A DNA stretch of 64,000 nt from an uncultured Collinsella sp. (GTDB taxonomy: Bacteria; Actinomycetota; Coriobacteriia; Coriobacteriales; Coriobacteriaceae), in assembly GCA_900549455.1 (NCBI GenBank), contig UROM01000001.1, positions 15,758 to 79,757 of the forward strand, written 5' to 3'. The notes below the pieces were generated by a model, which saw only the letters and a program-made list of their open reading frames with translations, ran no database searches and was not told the origin of the DNA. Shown here one piece after another: positions 33,894 through 46,425 of this stretch (the first letter of the stretch is position 1; the number at the start of each line of letters is the position of its first letter). Both the position numbers and the translations under genes were made by a program.

Positions 33894-33985
33894 TCGCGCG
33901 CCAGTCCCCAGCGGGCCCGGATCGAGCGATTCGGGCCCGCTTCTATGCCAACCGCCTCTCGGACCAAGACAAAACGGGCTGCTCG

Positions 33986-34054
33986 AATCTTGGGGCGGGT
34001 CCATTTTCAACTATCCTCAGCTTGCCAGTTCGAAAATGGACCCGCCCCAAGATT
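33986..34054. repeat. Perfect 23-bp inverted repeat (REP-doublet-like)
   Basis: aatcttggggcgggtccattttc / gaaaatggacccgccccaagatt with a 23-nt spacer. Confidence 0.75.
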
Positions 34055-34073
34055 GAATCTTTATTCCAACTTT

Positions 34074-34123
34074 ACACCTGGCTTTACAGCTGTCTTGTCA
34101 GCTGTAAAGCCAGGTGTCATACT
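34074..34123 (+). promoter_or_regulatory. nadA promoter and putative NiaR operator
   Basis: Palindrome acacctggctttacagctg-tcttgt-cagctgtaaagccaggtgt overlapping TTGTCA-N17-CATACT; the core resembles NiaR boxes. Confidence 0.75.
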
Positions 34124-34158
34124 AAAGCTCCAAGATTCGCCAAAAGAGAGGGGCCTTG

Positions 34159-35184
34159 ATGGCACAGAGCGCGAACATGGATGCATCGGAGCTTGCACGC
34201 GATATCGCGGCCGGCCTGGCATCGGCAACGACGGCAACGGAGCGCGCGGCACTGGTGCCCGCAGAGCTCGTCGAGGCCATTCATCAGCTAAAAACCCAAC
34301 GTGACGCAGTGATCCTGGCGCACTATTATGTGGCGCCCGAGGTCCAGGCCGTTGCCGATTACGTCGGCGACAGCTTCTACTTGGCAAAGCTCGCCAAGAG
34401 CCTGCCGCAGCAGACTATCGTGCTGTGCGGCGTGGAGTTTATGGGCGAGAGCGCCAAGCTGCTCAATCCCACCAAGACCGTGCTGCTGCCCGAGCCGGGC
34501 GCGGACTGTCCCATGGCGCACATGGTCAAGCGCGAGACGGTCGACGCGGCGCGCGCCGAGTATGGCGACGACCTGGCCGTGGTGTGCTACGTCAACTCCA
34601 CGGTCGAGATCAAGAGCTGGAGTGATGTGTGCGTTACCAGCTCTAACGCCGTCAAGATCGTCTCCGAGCTGCCGCAGCAGCACATCTTGTTCATTCCCGA
34701 CCAGAACCTGGGCCGCTTTGTGGCCGAGCAGGTGCCCCAAAAGCACGTCATCCTCAACAACGGCTACTGCCCGCGTCATCACATCATCACCGTCGAGCAG
34801 ATCGTCGACGCGCAGGAGGCGCACCCCGACGCGCTCGTGCTGGCTCACCCCGAGTGCAAGGCCGACGTCCTGGCCGAGGCTGACTACATCGGCTCTACTG
34901 CCGGCATCATCAAGTATGCCGAGGAGTCGGACGCGAGCGAGTTCATCATCGTGACGGTCCGCGGCGTGCTCTACGAACTCGAGCGCCGCTGCCAGGGCAC
35001 CGGCAAGAAGTTCTACTTCCCTGCGGTGCAGCCCACCTGCGTCAACATGGATCTCATCACGCTCGAAAAGCTCGTGCACTGCCTGGAGACGGGCGAGGGC
35101 GAGGTGCAGATTGGCGTGTCGGACGAGGCCGCCGATCAGGCCAAGCTCACGCTCGACCGCATGCTCGAGTACGCGGCACGCTAA
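34159..35184 (+). CDS. nadA: Quinolinate synthase
   Basis: ILAHYY, CGVEFMGESAK, ADCPMA, YVNST, AHPEC, GSTAGII. Confidence 0.95.
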   Translation: MAQSANMDASELARDIAAGLASATTATERAALVPAELVEAIHQLKTQRDAVILAHYYVAPEVQAVADYVGDSFYLAKLAKSLPQQTIVLCGVEFMGESAKLLNPTKTVLLPEPGADCPMAHMVKRETVDAARAEYGDDLAVVCYVNSTVEIKSWSDVCVTSSNAVKIVSELPQQHILFIPDQNLGRFVAEQVPQKHVILNNGYCPRHHIITVEQIVDAQEAHPDALVLAHPECKADVLAEADYIGSTAGIIKYAEESDASEFIIVTVRGVLYELERRCQGTGKKFYFPAVQPTCVNMDLITLEKLVHCLETGEGEVQIGVSDEAADQAKLTLDRMLEYAAR

Positions 35185-35240
35185 GCCAATGTGACATGAG
35201 GGACCATCCCTTATGCCACAGTACAAGGGAGAGGATTCCT

Positions 35241-36617
35241 GTGGAAACCAAACAATACCCCGATATGGAGTGTGACGTCGTCATTGCCGGTTGCGGCGTG
35301 GCGGGCCTGTATGCGGCTCTCAATCTGCCGACGAGCACGCGCGTAATCATGCTCTCCAAGGGCGCTGTCGACGAGTGCGATTCGATGCTCGCGCAGGGCG
35401 GCATCTGCGTACTGCCCGAGGGTTCTGACTACGATGCCTTCTTTGAGGACACTATGCACGCCGGCCATTACGAGAACCGCCGCGAGAGTGTAGACATCAT
35501 GATTCGCTCGAGCCGTTCGGTCATCAACGACCTGCTGGCCATGGGCGTGGACTTTGAGCGGAAGGCCGACGGCAGCCTCGACTTTACCCGCGAGGGCGCG
35601 CACAGCCGCCCGCGCATCGCCTTCCATGCCGATATTACGGGCAAGGAAATTACGACCAAGCTGCTCCAGGCTGTCCGCAAGCTGGATAACGTGCAGATTC
35701 TCGAACACGTTGCCATGACCGACATCCTGACCGCCGAGCGCGATGACGCCACGGTGTGCACCGGCGTCGTCGCCGTCGCCGTGGACGAGGACGATTCAGC
35801 TCGCCCCGCCGACGAGCTGGCAAATGCCGCTGAGGGCGTGCGTGCTGGTAAGCCGTTTAAGATCCATGCCCGCCATACGCTGTGGGCAACGGGCGGTATC
35901 GGTGGCGTGTACGACCACTCGACCAACTACCCGCAGCTCACCGGTGACGCCTGCTACATCGCGCAGGAGCACGGCATCACGATGGAGCACCTGGACTACG
36001 TGCAGATCCACCCCACGGGCCTGTTCTCGCCGCAGCCGGGTCGCACGTTCCTGATCAGCGAAAGCTGTCGCGGCGAGGGCGCGATTCTGCTCAATGCCGC
36101 CGGCGAGCGCTTTACCGACGAGTTGCAGCCGCGCGACGTTGTCGCCGCCGCCATCCGCGAGCAGATGAAGCAGGACGGCACCGAGCACGAGTGGCTGAGC
36201 TTTGCCCCCGTCGAGCGCGATGTGGTGACCGGGCACTTTACCAACATCCGCGCGCGCTGCCTGGAGGACGGTCGCGATATCTTGGACGAGCCCATTCCCG
36301 TCACGCCCACGCAGCACTACTTTATGGGCGGCGTGTGGGTCGACAAGGACGGCCGCACCTCGATGCCCGAGCTCTACGCCGCCGGCGAGACGGCCTGCAA
36401 TGGCGTGCACGGCAAGAACCGCCTGGCTTCTAACAGCCTGCTCGAGTCTCTGGTTTGGGGCCGCCGCGCCGCGTGGTACATGCGTACCGGCAAGTCGCTG
36501 GCCGTGGAGCAGGCCGGTGAGCCCGCGCTTGACGGGCGTCACCGCGCCCTGAGCGCCGACCCCCTGGCAATCGATGATTTGGCCCGTGCCGCCGGCACGC
36601 AGGCCGTGGAGGAGTAG
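35241..36617 (+). CDS. nadB: L-aspartate oxidase
   Basis: GCGVAGL, AQGGI, REGAHS, QIHPT, SESCRGEG, HYFMGG, GVHGKNRLASNSLLE. GTG start chosen from the RBS. Confidence 0.93.
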   Translation: METKQYPDMECDVVIAGCGVAGLYAALNLPTSTRVIMLSKGAVDECDSMLAQGGICVLPEGSDYDAFFEDTMHAGHYENRRESVDIMIRSSRSVINDLLAMGVDFERKADGSLDFTREGAHSRPRIAFHADITGKEITTKLLQAVRKLDNVQILEHVAMTDILTAERDDATVCTGVVAVAVDEDDSARPADELANAAEGVRAGKPFKIHARHTLWATGGIGGVYDHSTNYPQLTGDACYIAQEHGITMEHLDYVQIHPTGLFSPQPGRTFLISESCRGEGAILLNAAGERFTDELQPRDVVAAAIREQMKQDGTEHEWLSFAPVERDVVTGHFTNIRARCLEDGRDILDEPIPVTPTQHYFMGGVWVDKDGRTSMPELYAAGETACNGVHGKNRLASNSLLESLVWGRRAAWYMRTGKSLAVEQAGEPALDGRHRALSADPLAIDDLARAAGTQAVEE

Positions 36618-36620
36618 ACC

Positions 36621-37481
36621 ATGAATCCCATTACCATGAAGCTCGTCGTCGATGATCTGATTCTGCAGGCTCTGCGCGAGGACATCACGTTTGAGGACGT
36701 GAGCACAGCGAGCGTGTGTCCCACGGCGCGTCCCGCCACGGTGGAGCTTATCGCCAAGGCCGATGGCATCATCGCCGGCCTGGACGTATTCGCCCGCACC
36801 TTTGAGCTGCTGGATCCGCAGAGCTCCGTGTTGTTCGATGTCGCGGACGGCGACGAGGTACACGCTGGCGACCATGTGGGCCAGGTGCGCGGCGACGCGC
36901 GCGTGCTGCTTTCGGGCGAGCGCGTGGCGCTCAACTATCTGCAGCGCATGAGCGGCATCGCCACTTACACGCATCGGATGGCGGCTGCGCTCGAGGGCAC
37001 CAAGACCGTGCTTGTCGACACGCGCAAGACCACGCCGGGAATGCGCGTCTTCGAGAAGGCCGCAGTCGAGATCGGCGGCGGCAGCAACCACCGTTACAAC
37101 CTGTCGACGGCCGTCATGCTCAAGGACAACCACATCGATGCCGCCGGTGGCGTGACGCGTGCGATCGAGATGGCACGCGCCCATGCATCGTTTACCACGA
37201 CGGTCGAGATCGAGTGCGAGAACCTGGACATGGTGCGCGAGGCTGTGGAGGCCGGCGCCGACATCATCATGTTCGACAACATGACCCACGACGATATGGC
37301 TGCCGCGATTGAATTTATCGCCGGTCGTGCCAAGACCGAGTGCTCGGGCAACGTGGACGCCAGCAATATCCGCGCGCTTGCCGACCTGGGCGTTGACTTT
37401 ATTAGCTCGGGGGCGCTGACGCACTCTGCGCCGATTCTCGACCTCTCGCTTAAGCACCTGCGTCTGCTGGACGGTAAATAA
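36621..37481 (+). CDS. nadC: Quinolinate phosphoribosyltransferase
   Basis: ERVALNYLQRMSGIAT, DTRKTTPG, NHRYNL, LKDNH, SGALTHSA. Confidence 0.95.
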   Translation: MNPITMKLVVDDLILQALREDITFEDVSTASVCPTARPATVELIAKADGIIAGLDVFARTFELLDPQSSVLFDVADGDEVHAGDHVGQVRGDARVLLSGERVALNYLQRMSGIATYTHRMAAALEGTKTVLVDTRKTTPGMRVFEKAAVEIGGGSNHRYNLSTAVMLKDNHIDAAGGVTRAIEMARAHASFTTTVEIECENLDMVREAVEAGADIIMFDNMTHDDMAAAIEFIAGRAKTECSGNVDASNIRALADLGVDFISSGALTHSAPILDLSLKHLRLLDGK

Positions 37482-38026
37482 TGGACGCCCGCGAGCGTCG
37501 CCGTGCCATCTTGGCCGTGCTCGAGGGAGCCAAAGATCCCGTCTCGGGCAGCGCGCTTGCCCACGAGGTGGGCGTGAGCCGTCAGGTCGTGGTGCAGGAC
37601 ATCGCCCTGCTGCGCGCCGACGGGCACGATATCGTCGCCACCAATCGTGGCTATGTACTACAGGAGGCGCCGAGCAGCCCGGCTGTGCCCACGCGTCTGG
37701 TCAAGGTACGCCATGGCGTGGAACAGGCGGGCGATGAGCTCACGAGCATCGTCGACGCGGGCGGCGCCGTGCTCAACGTGATCGTCAACCACCGCGTGTA
37801 CGGCAAGATCACGGCCGACCTGGACATCCGCAATCGTCGCGATGTTGAGCGCTACCTGCACGATATCGAGAGCGGCAAGAGCTTTCCGCTGCTAACGGTG
37901 ACGAGCGGCTATCACTTCCATCGTATTGCGGCAGAAGACGAGCAAACCCTCGACGAGATCGAGGCCATGCTCAAGGAGAAAGGTTACTTGGCGGACCTAA
38001 TGCCCTACGAGGACGATTTGTCCTAG
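37481..38026 (+). CDS. niaR: Niacin-responsive repressor (HTH_11 + 3H domain)
   Basis: VSRQVVVQDIALLRA, HRVYG, SGYHFH; located in the nad operon. Confidence 0.88.
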   Translation: MDARERRRAILAVLEGAKDPVSGSALAHEVGVSRQVVVQDIALLRADGHDIVATNRGYVLQEAPSSPAVPTRLVKVRHGVEQAGDELTSIVDAGGAVLNVIVNHRVYGKITADLDIRNRRDVERYLHDIESGKSFPLLTVTSGYHFHRIAAEDEQTLDEIEAMLKEKGYLADLMPYEDDLS

Positions 38027-38043
38027 TCGACGCCGCATCTATA

Positions 38044-38110
38044 AGTTGCGGTGAAATAGTTCCTAAAATCGGCATCCAAGCCATAAAACAGGAACTATTC
38101 CACCGCAACT
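38044..38110 (+). repeat. Repeat family B, copy 1 (67-nt hairpin)
   Basis: agttgcggtgaaatagttcct-N25-aggaactattccaccgcaact. Confidence 0.9.
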
Positions 38111-38148
38111 GCCAAGGGTCCCGCTTCAAATTAGCTGCCCACACATGC

Positions 38149-38187
38149 AAAAGGAGGCCTCCGCGGCGATGCGGAGGCCTCCTTTTT
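38149..38187. terminator. Bidirectional terminator
   Basis: aaaaggaggcctccgc...gcggaggcctcctttt between convergent genes. Confidence 0.8.
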
Positions 38188-38226
38188 GTGCACGGTGTAC
38201 TTGTGAGTGTGCAAGTGGGGGAGTTG

Positions 38227-38412
38227 TTACTCCTCGACGATCTCGGTGATCGCGCCGGCGGGGCAAGCGTCCTGGCAAGCGCCACAGGCGACGCAGGAAT
38301 CCTCGTCAGCGACGGTAGCGACGTCCTGGAGCTCCAGAACGCCAGCGGGGCAGGAGTCGACGCAAACGCCACAAGCGATGCACTCGTCGGCATCAATTAC
38401 GGGATGAGCCAT
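38227..38412 (-). CDS. 2[4Fe-4S] ferredoxin
   Basis: Two CxxCxxCxxxCP motifs. Confidence 0.92.
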   Translation of the reverse strand: MAHPVIDADECIACGVCVDSCPAGVLELQDVATVADEDSCVACGACQDACPAGAITEIVEE

Positions 38413-38785
38413 GGTAGTTTCCTCTCTGTTGACCGACGCTACAGGCGATGTGCGTCGGTTTGATTCGGGCAAAAACATACCACGGGAGCGACCGTTTGCA
38501 ATACCCTCTGACCGGCATCTTCATACCGTTCGCCGAGTATGCCGCGGCTTACTAAAAAACATGCAGGTGAGGCCGTTGAGCTGCGCAAATGTTAGCTATA
38601 GGTGACTTGAAATATAGGGCGATTGAGCGTGCTTGCGGAAACCGCATCCCGTAATCCACGTCCAAAACGGGACACGGCTTCAGACTCGCACCTCAGTCAA
38701 CTCTACATAGATCTCAATAGACCTGTTGAGAACTCAAACAGTGTATCTACCTGCGCATTTGAGAACCTAAACTCTCAGAGATAAG

Positions 38786-38812
38786 AAATCTTATATGAAT
38801 TGACTTAGATTT
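38786..38812. promoter_or_regulatory. Putative HspR operator (HAIR variant) upstream of dnaK
   Basis: AAATCTTATA-N7-ACTTAGATTT; identical arms upstream of clpB. Confidence 0.75.
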
Positions 38813-38921
38813 TGTATATTCCGGCCCATAAGGGGATACACTACATCCTGAAAGACAAGCCGAAGCGCCGCGCGACAGATCGTCGAGGCGGCGCGAACGC
38901 AAAAGAGAGAGGGAATTTCTA

Positions 38922-40814
<1,893 letters not shown>

Positions 40815-40816
40815 TC

Positions 40817-41659
40817 ATGTCCGCCCGTAAAGCTCGCACGGAGGCGGCTACCGCTGGCGCCGCCCCCGTTGACTCTGAGGAGAAGGACGTGAAGATTCCC
40901 GTAGAGGCCGTCGACGATACCGAGGTCAACGAGACCGAGGCCGCCGAGGCTGCCGAGAACCAGGTAGAGGATTCCAACAAGGAGGCGACGATGACCGAGG
41001 ACGAGATGGTGGAAGCCGCTATCCGCGCCGGTGAGGAAGCCGCCGACAACGACTTTAAGCTCAAGTTCGAGCAGGCCCAAAAGGAGCTTGCCGACGTGCG
41101 CAACGAGCTCGATGCTGCGGCAGAGGCCCAGAAGGCCGCCGAGGACAAGGCAAAGGACGCCACCGAGCGCACCGCCCGTCTACAGGCCGACTGGGAGAAC
41201 TTCCGTCGCCGCACCGCCAACGAGCGCATCGCCGAGCGCGAGCGCGCGACCGAGAAGCTCGTCACTGCGCTGCTGCCGGTGGTTGACGATATCGAGCGTG
41301 CAATCGACCATGCCCGTAGCCAGGAGCTTTCCGACGATTTTAAGCAGTTCGTCGATGGCGTTGACGCGGTGCATGCCAAGCTGCTCGATGTGTTTGCGCA
41401 CGAGGGCGTTGAGCCCATCGACCCCAAGGGCGAGGCGTTCGATCCGCTCGAGCACCAGGCCGTGGGGCGTGTCGAGGACGCATCGCAGTACGATGAGACC
41501 GTCAACGACGTGTACCAGAAGGGCTACCGCATGGCGGATCGCATCCTGCGCTCCGCGATGGTGACGGTGACCTACGGTGGCGAGAAGCGCCCCGCACCGG
41601 AGCCCGAAGCGGCGCCCGAGGATGCCGCGGCCGATACGGCCGAGAGCGCCGAGGAGTAA
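40817..41659 (+). CDS. grpE: Nucleotide exchange factor GrpE
   Basis: RLQADWENFRRR, LLPVVDDIERA, FDPLEHQA, QKGYRM. Confidence 0.95.
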   Translation: MSARKARTEAATAGAAPVDSEEKDVKIPVEAVDDTEVNETEAAEAAENQVEDSNKEATMTEDEMVEAAIRAGEEAADNDFKLKFEQAQKELADVRNELDAAAEAQKAAEDKAKDATERTARLQADWENFRRRTANERIAERERATEKLVTALLPVVDDIERAIDHARSQELSDDFKQFVDGVDAVHAKLLDVFAHEGVEPIDPKGEAFDPLEHQAVGRVEDASQYDETVNDVYQKGYRMADRILRSAMVTVTYGGEKRPAPEPEAAPEDAAADTAESAEE

Positions 41660-41767
41660 TTGAGAAGGGCCCCGGGGCAACACCCGGGGCCCTTTCTGGC
41701 CTAGTGCCATATGAAAGCATGAGCCGCCGTCCGCAGGGGCGGCGGATATAACAGGAGAGGAGCTACG

Positions 41768-42733
41768 ATGGCTGCAGGCAAAACCTTCTATGACATCCTG
41801 GGCGTATCCAAGAGCGCCTCCGACAAAGAGATCAAGAGCGCGTTTCGCAAGCTCGCGCAAAAATATCACCCCGATGCCGGCGGCGACGAGGCCAAGTTTA
41901 AGGAGATTAGTGAGGCCTACGAGACGCTTTCGGACGAGAAGAAGCGCAAAGAGTACGACCAGATGCTCATGTTCGGCGGCATGCCGGGCGCGGGCGGCGC
42001 GTATAGCGGTGGCTACGGCGCCGGTGCCGGCGCGAGCGGTTGGGGCGATATCTTCGACAGCATCTTCAGCGGCAACGGCGCCTGGGGCAGCGACTGGGGC
42101 TCGGGCTTTGCCGGTGCCGCGGGTGCTGCCGGTGCGGGCGCGGGCCGCAACCGCGCACGCAAGGGCGGCGACCTGTCGCTGACCGTCGATGTGACGGCCG
42201 AGGACGCGTTTCGCGGCGTGACGCACAAGGTTACCTACCGCATTCCCTCGACGGGCGAGCAGCAGACCATTACGGTCTCGGTGCCTGCGGGTGCGGTCGA
42301 CGGCGGCAAACTGCGCTACAAGCGTCGTGGCGAGTACGGCGTTGCCGGCGGCGAGCGCGGCGACCTGGTCGTGACCACGCACGTGGAGGAGCATCCGCTG
42401 TTTAAGCGCAAGGGTGCCGACGTGACCATGGAGGTGCCGATCTCGGTCTACGAGGCGGCGCTCGGCTGCACGGTTGATGTGCCCACGCCCGGCGGCGCGA
42501 CGGTTCGTCTGAAGGTGCCCGCTGGCACCCAGACGGGCAAGAAGTTCCGCTTTAAGGAGATGGGTGCGCCCGACGTTAAGCATCGCGGCCGCACGGGTGC
42601 GCTGCTCGTCGAGATCAAGGTGCAGGTTCCCACGAACCTGTCCGACGATGAGCGCGATGCCATGACCAAGCTGCGCGAGGCCGACACGCGCGATTATCGC
42701 GAGAAGGTCAACCGTTACAAGGCGACGTTCTAG
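41768..42733 (+). CDS. dnaJ: DnaJ-class co-chaperone lacking the zinc finger
   Basis: J-domain HPD, G-rich linker, DnaJ C-terminal domain; no CxxCxGxG repeats. Confidence 0.9.
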   Translation: MAAGKTFYDILGVSKSASDKEIKSAFRKLAQKYHPDAGGDEAKFKEISEAYETLSDEKKRKEYDQMLMFGGMPGAGGAYSGGYGAGAGASGWGDIFDSIFSGNGAWGSDWGSGFAGAAGAAGAGAGRNRARKGGDLSLTVDVTAEDAFRGVTHKVTYRIPSTGEQQTITVSVPAGAVDGGKLRYKRRGEYGVAGGERGDLVVTTHVEEHPLFKRKGADVTMEVPISVYEAALGCTVDVPTPGGATVRLKVPAGTQTGKKFRFKEMGAPDVKHRGRTGALLVEIKVQVPTNLSDDERDAMTKLREADTRDYREKVNRYKATF

Positions 42734-42806
42734 TTCGGTTGCGTGGCCCACGGGCTGGCCGCAGGCTTATGATGGAGATGTGCGAGACGGAAAGGGGTCA
42801 GGTAGC

Positions 42807-43223
42807 ATGGCCGAGGACAATAGGAACAAACCGCTGTACATGATCAGCGTGGCGGCCGAGCTGACCGGCATGCATCCGCAGACTCTGCGCGTCTACGAGT
42901 CCAAGGGCCTGGTGAACCCCCAGCGCTCGGGCGGCAACACGCGTCTGTATTCGCGTGCCGATATCGAGCGCCTGGAGCTCATCAACCAGCTCACCGACGA
43001 GGGCATCAACCTTGCCGGCGTGGTGCGCATCCTCGATATGAAGGAGCGTGCCGAGGAGCGCGAGCGCGAGAACGAAAAGCTCCGTGCTCGCGTGCGCCAG
43101 CTCGAGGACGAGCTGCACGAGTACAAGATGCAGAAGAAGATTACCGCCCTGGCCCCGCGCGATGGCTCAGTCAACCCCGAGCAAGTCATGCGCAAACTGC
43201 TGGGCGCCGGAGGGGATTTGTAG
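42807..43223 (+). CDS. hspR: Heat-shock repressor HspR (MerR family)
   Basis: YMISVAAELTGMHPQTLRVYE, GINLAGV; last gene of the dnaK operon. Confidence 0.93.
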   Translation: MAEDNRNKPLYMISVAAELTGMHPQTLRVYESKGLVNPQRSGGNTRLYSRADIERLELINQLTDEGINLAGVVRILDMKERAEERERENEKLRARVRQLEDELHEYKMQKKITALAPRDGSVNPEQVMRKLLGAGGDL

Positions 43224-43225
43224 GT

Positions 43226-43479
43226 TCCGCCGTTCTAACGAACGGCGGACCGGTCGACGCTGCGCGCCGCCCAGAGCGACAATTTGTCATTCAAAAGGCA
43301 AGGCATGACCAGAAGGTCTATGCCTTGCCTTTTTCATGCCAACTTGTTCGCTCTGGACGTCGCTCGCTGTCCGTCCTCTACCTGCGGCGTTGCCTTGCTC
43401 GCTCTGGCGGGCTTTCGCTGTCCGCGCCAAAACATCGGCGTTGTTATGGGTAGTCATTGGGGACGTTCTTAAATGACTA
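43226..43479 (+). repeat. Repeat family A, copy 3 (mosaic of copies 1 and 2) plus GGGAC hairpin
   Basis: Highly similar to 8775-8920, then to 16875-16924, then to 8925-8962. Confidence 0.85.
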
Positions 43480-43652
43480 GTCGAAAGGGACACTCTTGCA
43501 CTAAATCTGCCGGCCCACACCGGGCTCGTCCTTTACTTTACTGAGATAAAGTGAACGTGCAGATTCGTAACCCACTCGCAACCGTTCTATGGCACGATAT
43601 TGAACGAATGTATGCTATGCGCCCGAGCCTTTCGGGCAGAGTGGGAGACAGT

Positions 43653-45953
43653 ATGGTTAAGCTGTACGAGGACGGCATCTACCTGCGCGGCGGCAGCGAG
43701 GTTGTGCCTGCGGCCGAGGCTGCCGAGCGCGGTATTACGCAGACACCCGAGGATGCCAAGCGTGGCACCATCGCGTATTCGATCCTCCAGGCACACAATA
43801 CGTCCGGAGACCCCGAGGCGCTCAAGATTCGCTTCGATGCCATGGCGAGCCACGACATCACCTTTGTCGGCATCATCCAGACGGCGCGCGCCTCGGGCAT
43901 GGAGCAGTTCCCGCTGCCCTACGTGCTCACCAACTGCCATAACTCGCTGTGCGCCGTGGGCGGCACCATCAACGAGGACGACCACGTCTTTGGCCTTTCG
44001 GCTGCCAAGAAGTACGGCGGCATTTTCGTCCCGCCGCACATCGCCGTCATCCACTCCTTTATGCGTGAGAACTTCGCCGGTTGCGGCAAGATGATCTTGG
44101 GCTCCGACTCGCACACCCGCTACGGCGCCCTGGGCACCATGGCCGTGGGCGAGGGTGGCGGCGAGCTGGCAAAGCAGCTGCTGCGTGACACCTACGATGT
44201 TGCCTATCCCGGCGTTGTCGCCATCTACCTCACGGGCGCCCCGCGCCCCGGCGTCGGTCCGCACGATGTGGCGCTCGCCATCATCAAGGCGGTCTTTGCC
44301 AAGGGCTACGTTAAGAACAAGGTCATGGAGTTTGTGGGCCCCGGCATCGCGAGCATGACGACCGACTACCGCAATGGCGTCGATGTCATGACCACCGAGA
44401 CGACCTGCCTGTCGAGCATCTGGGCCACCGACGAGGACACGCACGCGTTTTTGACCATGCACGGCCGCGGCGACGACTACCGTGAGCTCAAGCCCGCCGA
44501 TGTTGCCTACTACGACGGCTGCGTCGAGGTCGATCTGTCGAGCATCAAGCCCATGATCGCGCTGCCGTTCCATCCTTCCAACGGCTTCGAGATTGACGAG
44601 CTCAACGAGAACCTCGAGGACATCCTGCATGAGGTGGAGCTTGAGGCTGCCAAGATCGGCGAGGGCAAGACGCACTTTAGCCTGCTCGACAAGATCGTCG
44701 ACGGCAAGCTGCACGTGCAGCAGGGCGTTATCGCCGGCTGCTCGGGCGGCAACTACGACTCCGTGGTCCAGGCTGCCCGCGTGCTCAAGGGCGCCAACAC
44801 CGGCTGCGGCGAGTTCTCGCTGTCGGTCTACCCCACGAGCCAGCCCGTGGCACTCGAGCTTACACGCCGCGGCTATATCTACGACCTTATGGAGGCCGGC
44901 GCGATCGTGCGCACGGCATTCTGCGGCCCGTGCTTCGGCGCCGGCGACACACCCGCCAACAACGGCCTGTCCATCCGCCACACCACGCGCAACTTCCCCA
45001 ACCGCGAGGGTTCCAAGCCGGGCAATGGCCAGCTGAGCGCCGTGGCCCTGATGGACGCCCGTTCCATTGCGGCGACGGCTGCCAACGGCGGCGTCCTGAC
45101 GCCGGCGACCGATCTGCCCGAGGAGACCTGGGACGAGGCCTGCGAGTATACCTTTGACGACGCGCCGTACAAGAAGCGCGTGTACTGGGGCTTTGGCAAG
45201 GCGGAGCCTGCCGACGAGCTGGTCGAGGGTCCCAATATCAAGCCGTGGCCCGCGATGGAGCCTCTCGGCGACGATATCCTGCTCAAGGTGTGCTCCAAGA
45301 TCATGGACCCGGTCACCACGACCGACGAGCTCATTCCCTCGGGCGAGACGAGCTCCTTCCGCTCCAACCCGTTGGGCCTGGCCGAGTTTACTCTCAGCCG
45401 CCGCGATCCGGCCTACGTGGGTCGTTCCAAGGAGGTCGACGCGGTGGAAAAGCGTCGCGTGGCCGGCGAGGCCGCGGGTGACCTGGCGGCGCTTGATGCC
45501 GAGCTTGCGGGCGTGTTTGAGGCACTGGCCGGCGCGGGTGTCGCTGCCGACGCCAAGGCGACCGAGTACGGCTCCATGCTCTATGCCAAGAAGCCCGGTG
45601 ACGGTTCTGCCCGCGAGCAGGCCGCGAGCTGCCAGCGCGTGATTGGCGGCCTGGCCAACATCGTCCACGAGTATGCCACCAAGCGCTATCGCTCCAACGT
45701 GATGAACTGGGGCATGGTGCCCTTCCAGATGGAGGCCGAGCCTAACTTTGAGGTGGGCGACTACGTCTTTGTGCCGGGTATCCGCGCCGCGCTCGATGGC
45801 GACCTAAAGGGCATCGCCGCCTACGTGGTGCGCGCCGACGGCACGGTCGAGCAGATTGAGCTCTTCATTGCCGACATGACGGCAGAGGAGCGTGCCATCG
45901 TCAAGGCCGGCTGCCTGATCAACTACAACAAGTTCAAGGCCGCTGCCGAGTAA
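43653..45953 (+). CDS. Aconitase-family hydratase (YbhJ-like)
   Basis: [69 protein letters not shown]. Confidence 0.9.
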   Translation: MVKLYEDGIYLRGGSEVVPAAEAAERGITQTPEDAKRGTIAYSILQAHNTSGDPEALKIRFDAMASHDITFVGIIQTARASGMEQFPLPYVLTNCHNSLCAVGGTINEDDHVFGLSAAKKYGGIFVPPHIAVIHSFMRENFAGCGKMILGSDSHTRYGALGTMAVGEGGGELAKQLLRDTYDVAYPGVVAIYLTGAPRPGVGPHDVALAIIKAVFAKGYVKNKVMEFVGPGIASMTTDYRNGVDVMTTETTCLSSIWATDEDTHAFLTMHGRGDDYRELKPADVAYYDGCVEVDLSSIKPMIALPFHPSNGFEIDELNENLEDILHEVELEAAKIGEGKTHFSLLDKIVDGKLHVQQGVIAGCSGGNYDSVVQAARVLKGANTGCGEFSLSVYPTSQPVALELTRRGYIYDLMEAGAIVRTAFCGPCFGAGDTPANNGLSIRHTTRNFPNREGSKPGNGQLSAVALMDARSIAATAANGGVLTPATDLPEETWDEACEYTFDDAPYKKRVYWGFGKAEPADELVEGPNIKPWPAMEPLGDDILLKVCSKIMDPVTTTDELIPSGETSSFRSNPLGLAEFTLSRRDPAYVGRSKEVDAVEKRRVAGEAAGDLAALDAELAGVFEALAGAGVAADAKATEYGSMLYAKKPGDGSAREQAASCQRVIGGLANIVHEYATKRYRSNVMNWGMVPFQMEAEPNFEVGDYVFVPGIRAALDGDLKGIAAYVVRADGTVEQIELFIADMTAEERAIVKAGCLINYNKFKAAAE

Positions 45954-45968
45954 CGCACTTAATTGTCC

Positions 45969-46042
45969 GTCCGGGGCTTACCCTTTCCCGCCCGCTCACG
46001 CGCTTCGCGAGGGTCGCGTTCGGGAAAGGGTAAGCCCCGGAC
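45969..46042. repeat. Perfect 22-bp inverted repeat
   Basis: gtccggggcttaccctttcccg / cgggaaagggtaagccccggac with a 30-nt loop. Confidence 0.75.
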
Positions 46043-46137
46043 TACATTTCTGCATTCTCGTTGGGTCTTGAGGGACGCTAATAAATAGACTTGCTTGATG
46101 CCGCCTCTGTTAATGGGGCGGCTTCTTTTTGTCGAAA

Positions 46138-46371
46138 ACCACCACAAAGGGGACAGGCACCTTTGTGGTGGTCCGCGGTTTGTCTCGTTCTGTAACAGGT
46201 AGACCCTTATTTGCCGAGTAGTTGTTACAAATCTAGATAAACGGGCACCGCTGAACAATTCATCTCGATCCGTAACATCTGGACCCAAAAACGGCCGCTA
46301 GATGTTACAGATTGAGATGGTGAACGCCGGGGCCGAAGATCACCACAAAGGGGCCTGTCCCTTTCGTGGTG
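46138..46371. repeat. Mosaic repeat cluster: GGGAC hairpin, two 56-nt family D hairpins, inverted GGGAC hairpin
   Basis: accaccacaaa stems at 46138 and 46341; tctcg..tgtaaca...tgttaca..agat units at 46183 and 46263. Confidence 0.85.
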
Positions 46372-46425
46372 GTGGGGCGAGCTCGATGCTGCCGTGCTCG
46401 CTGAACGACATTCTAATGAGCGTCT

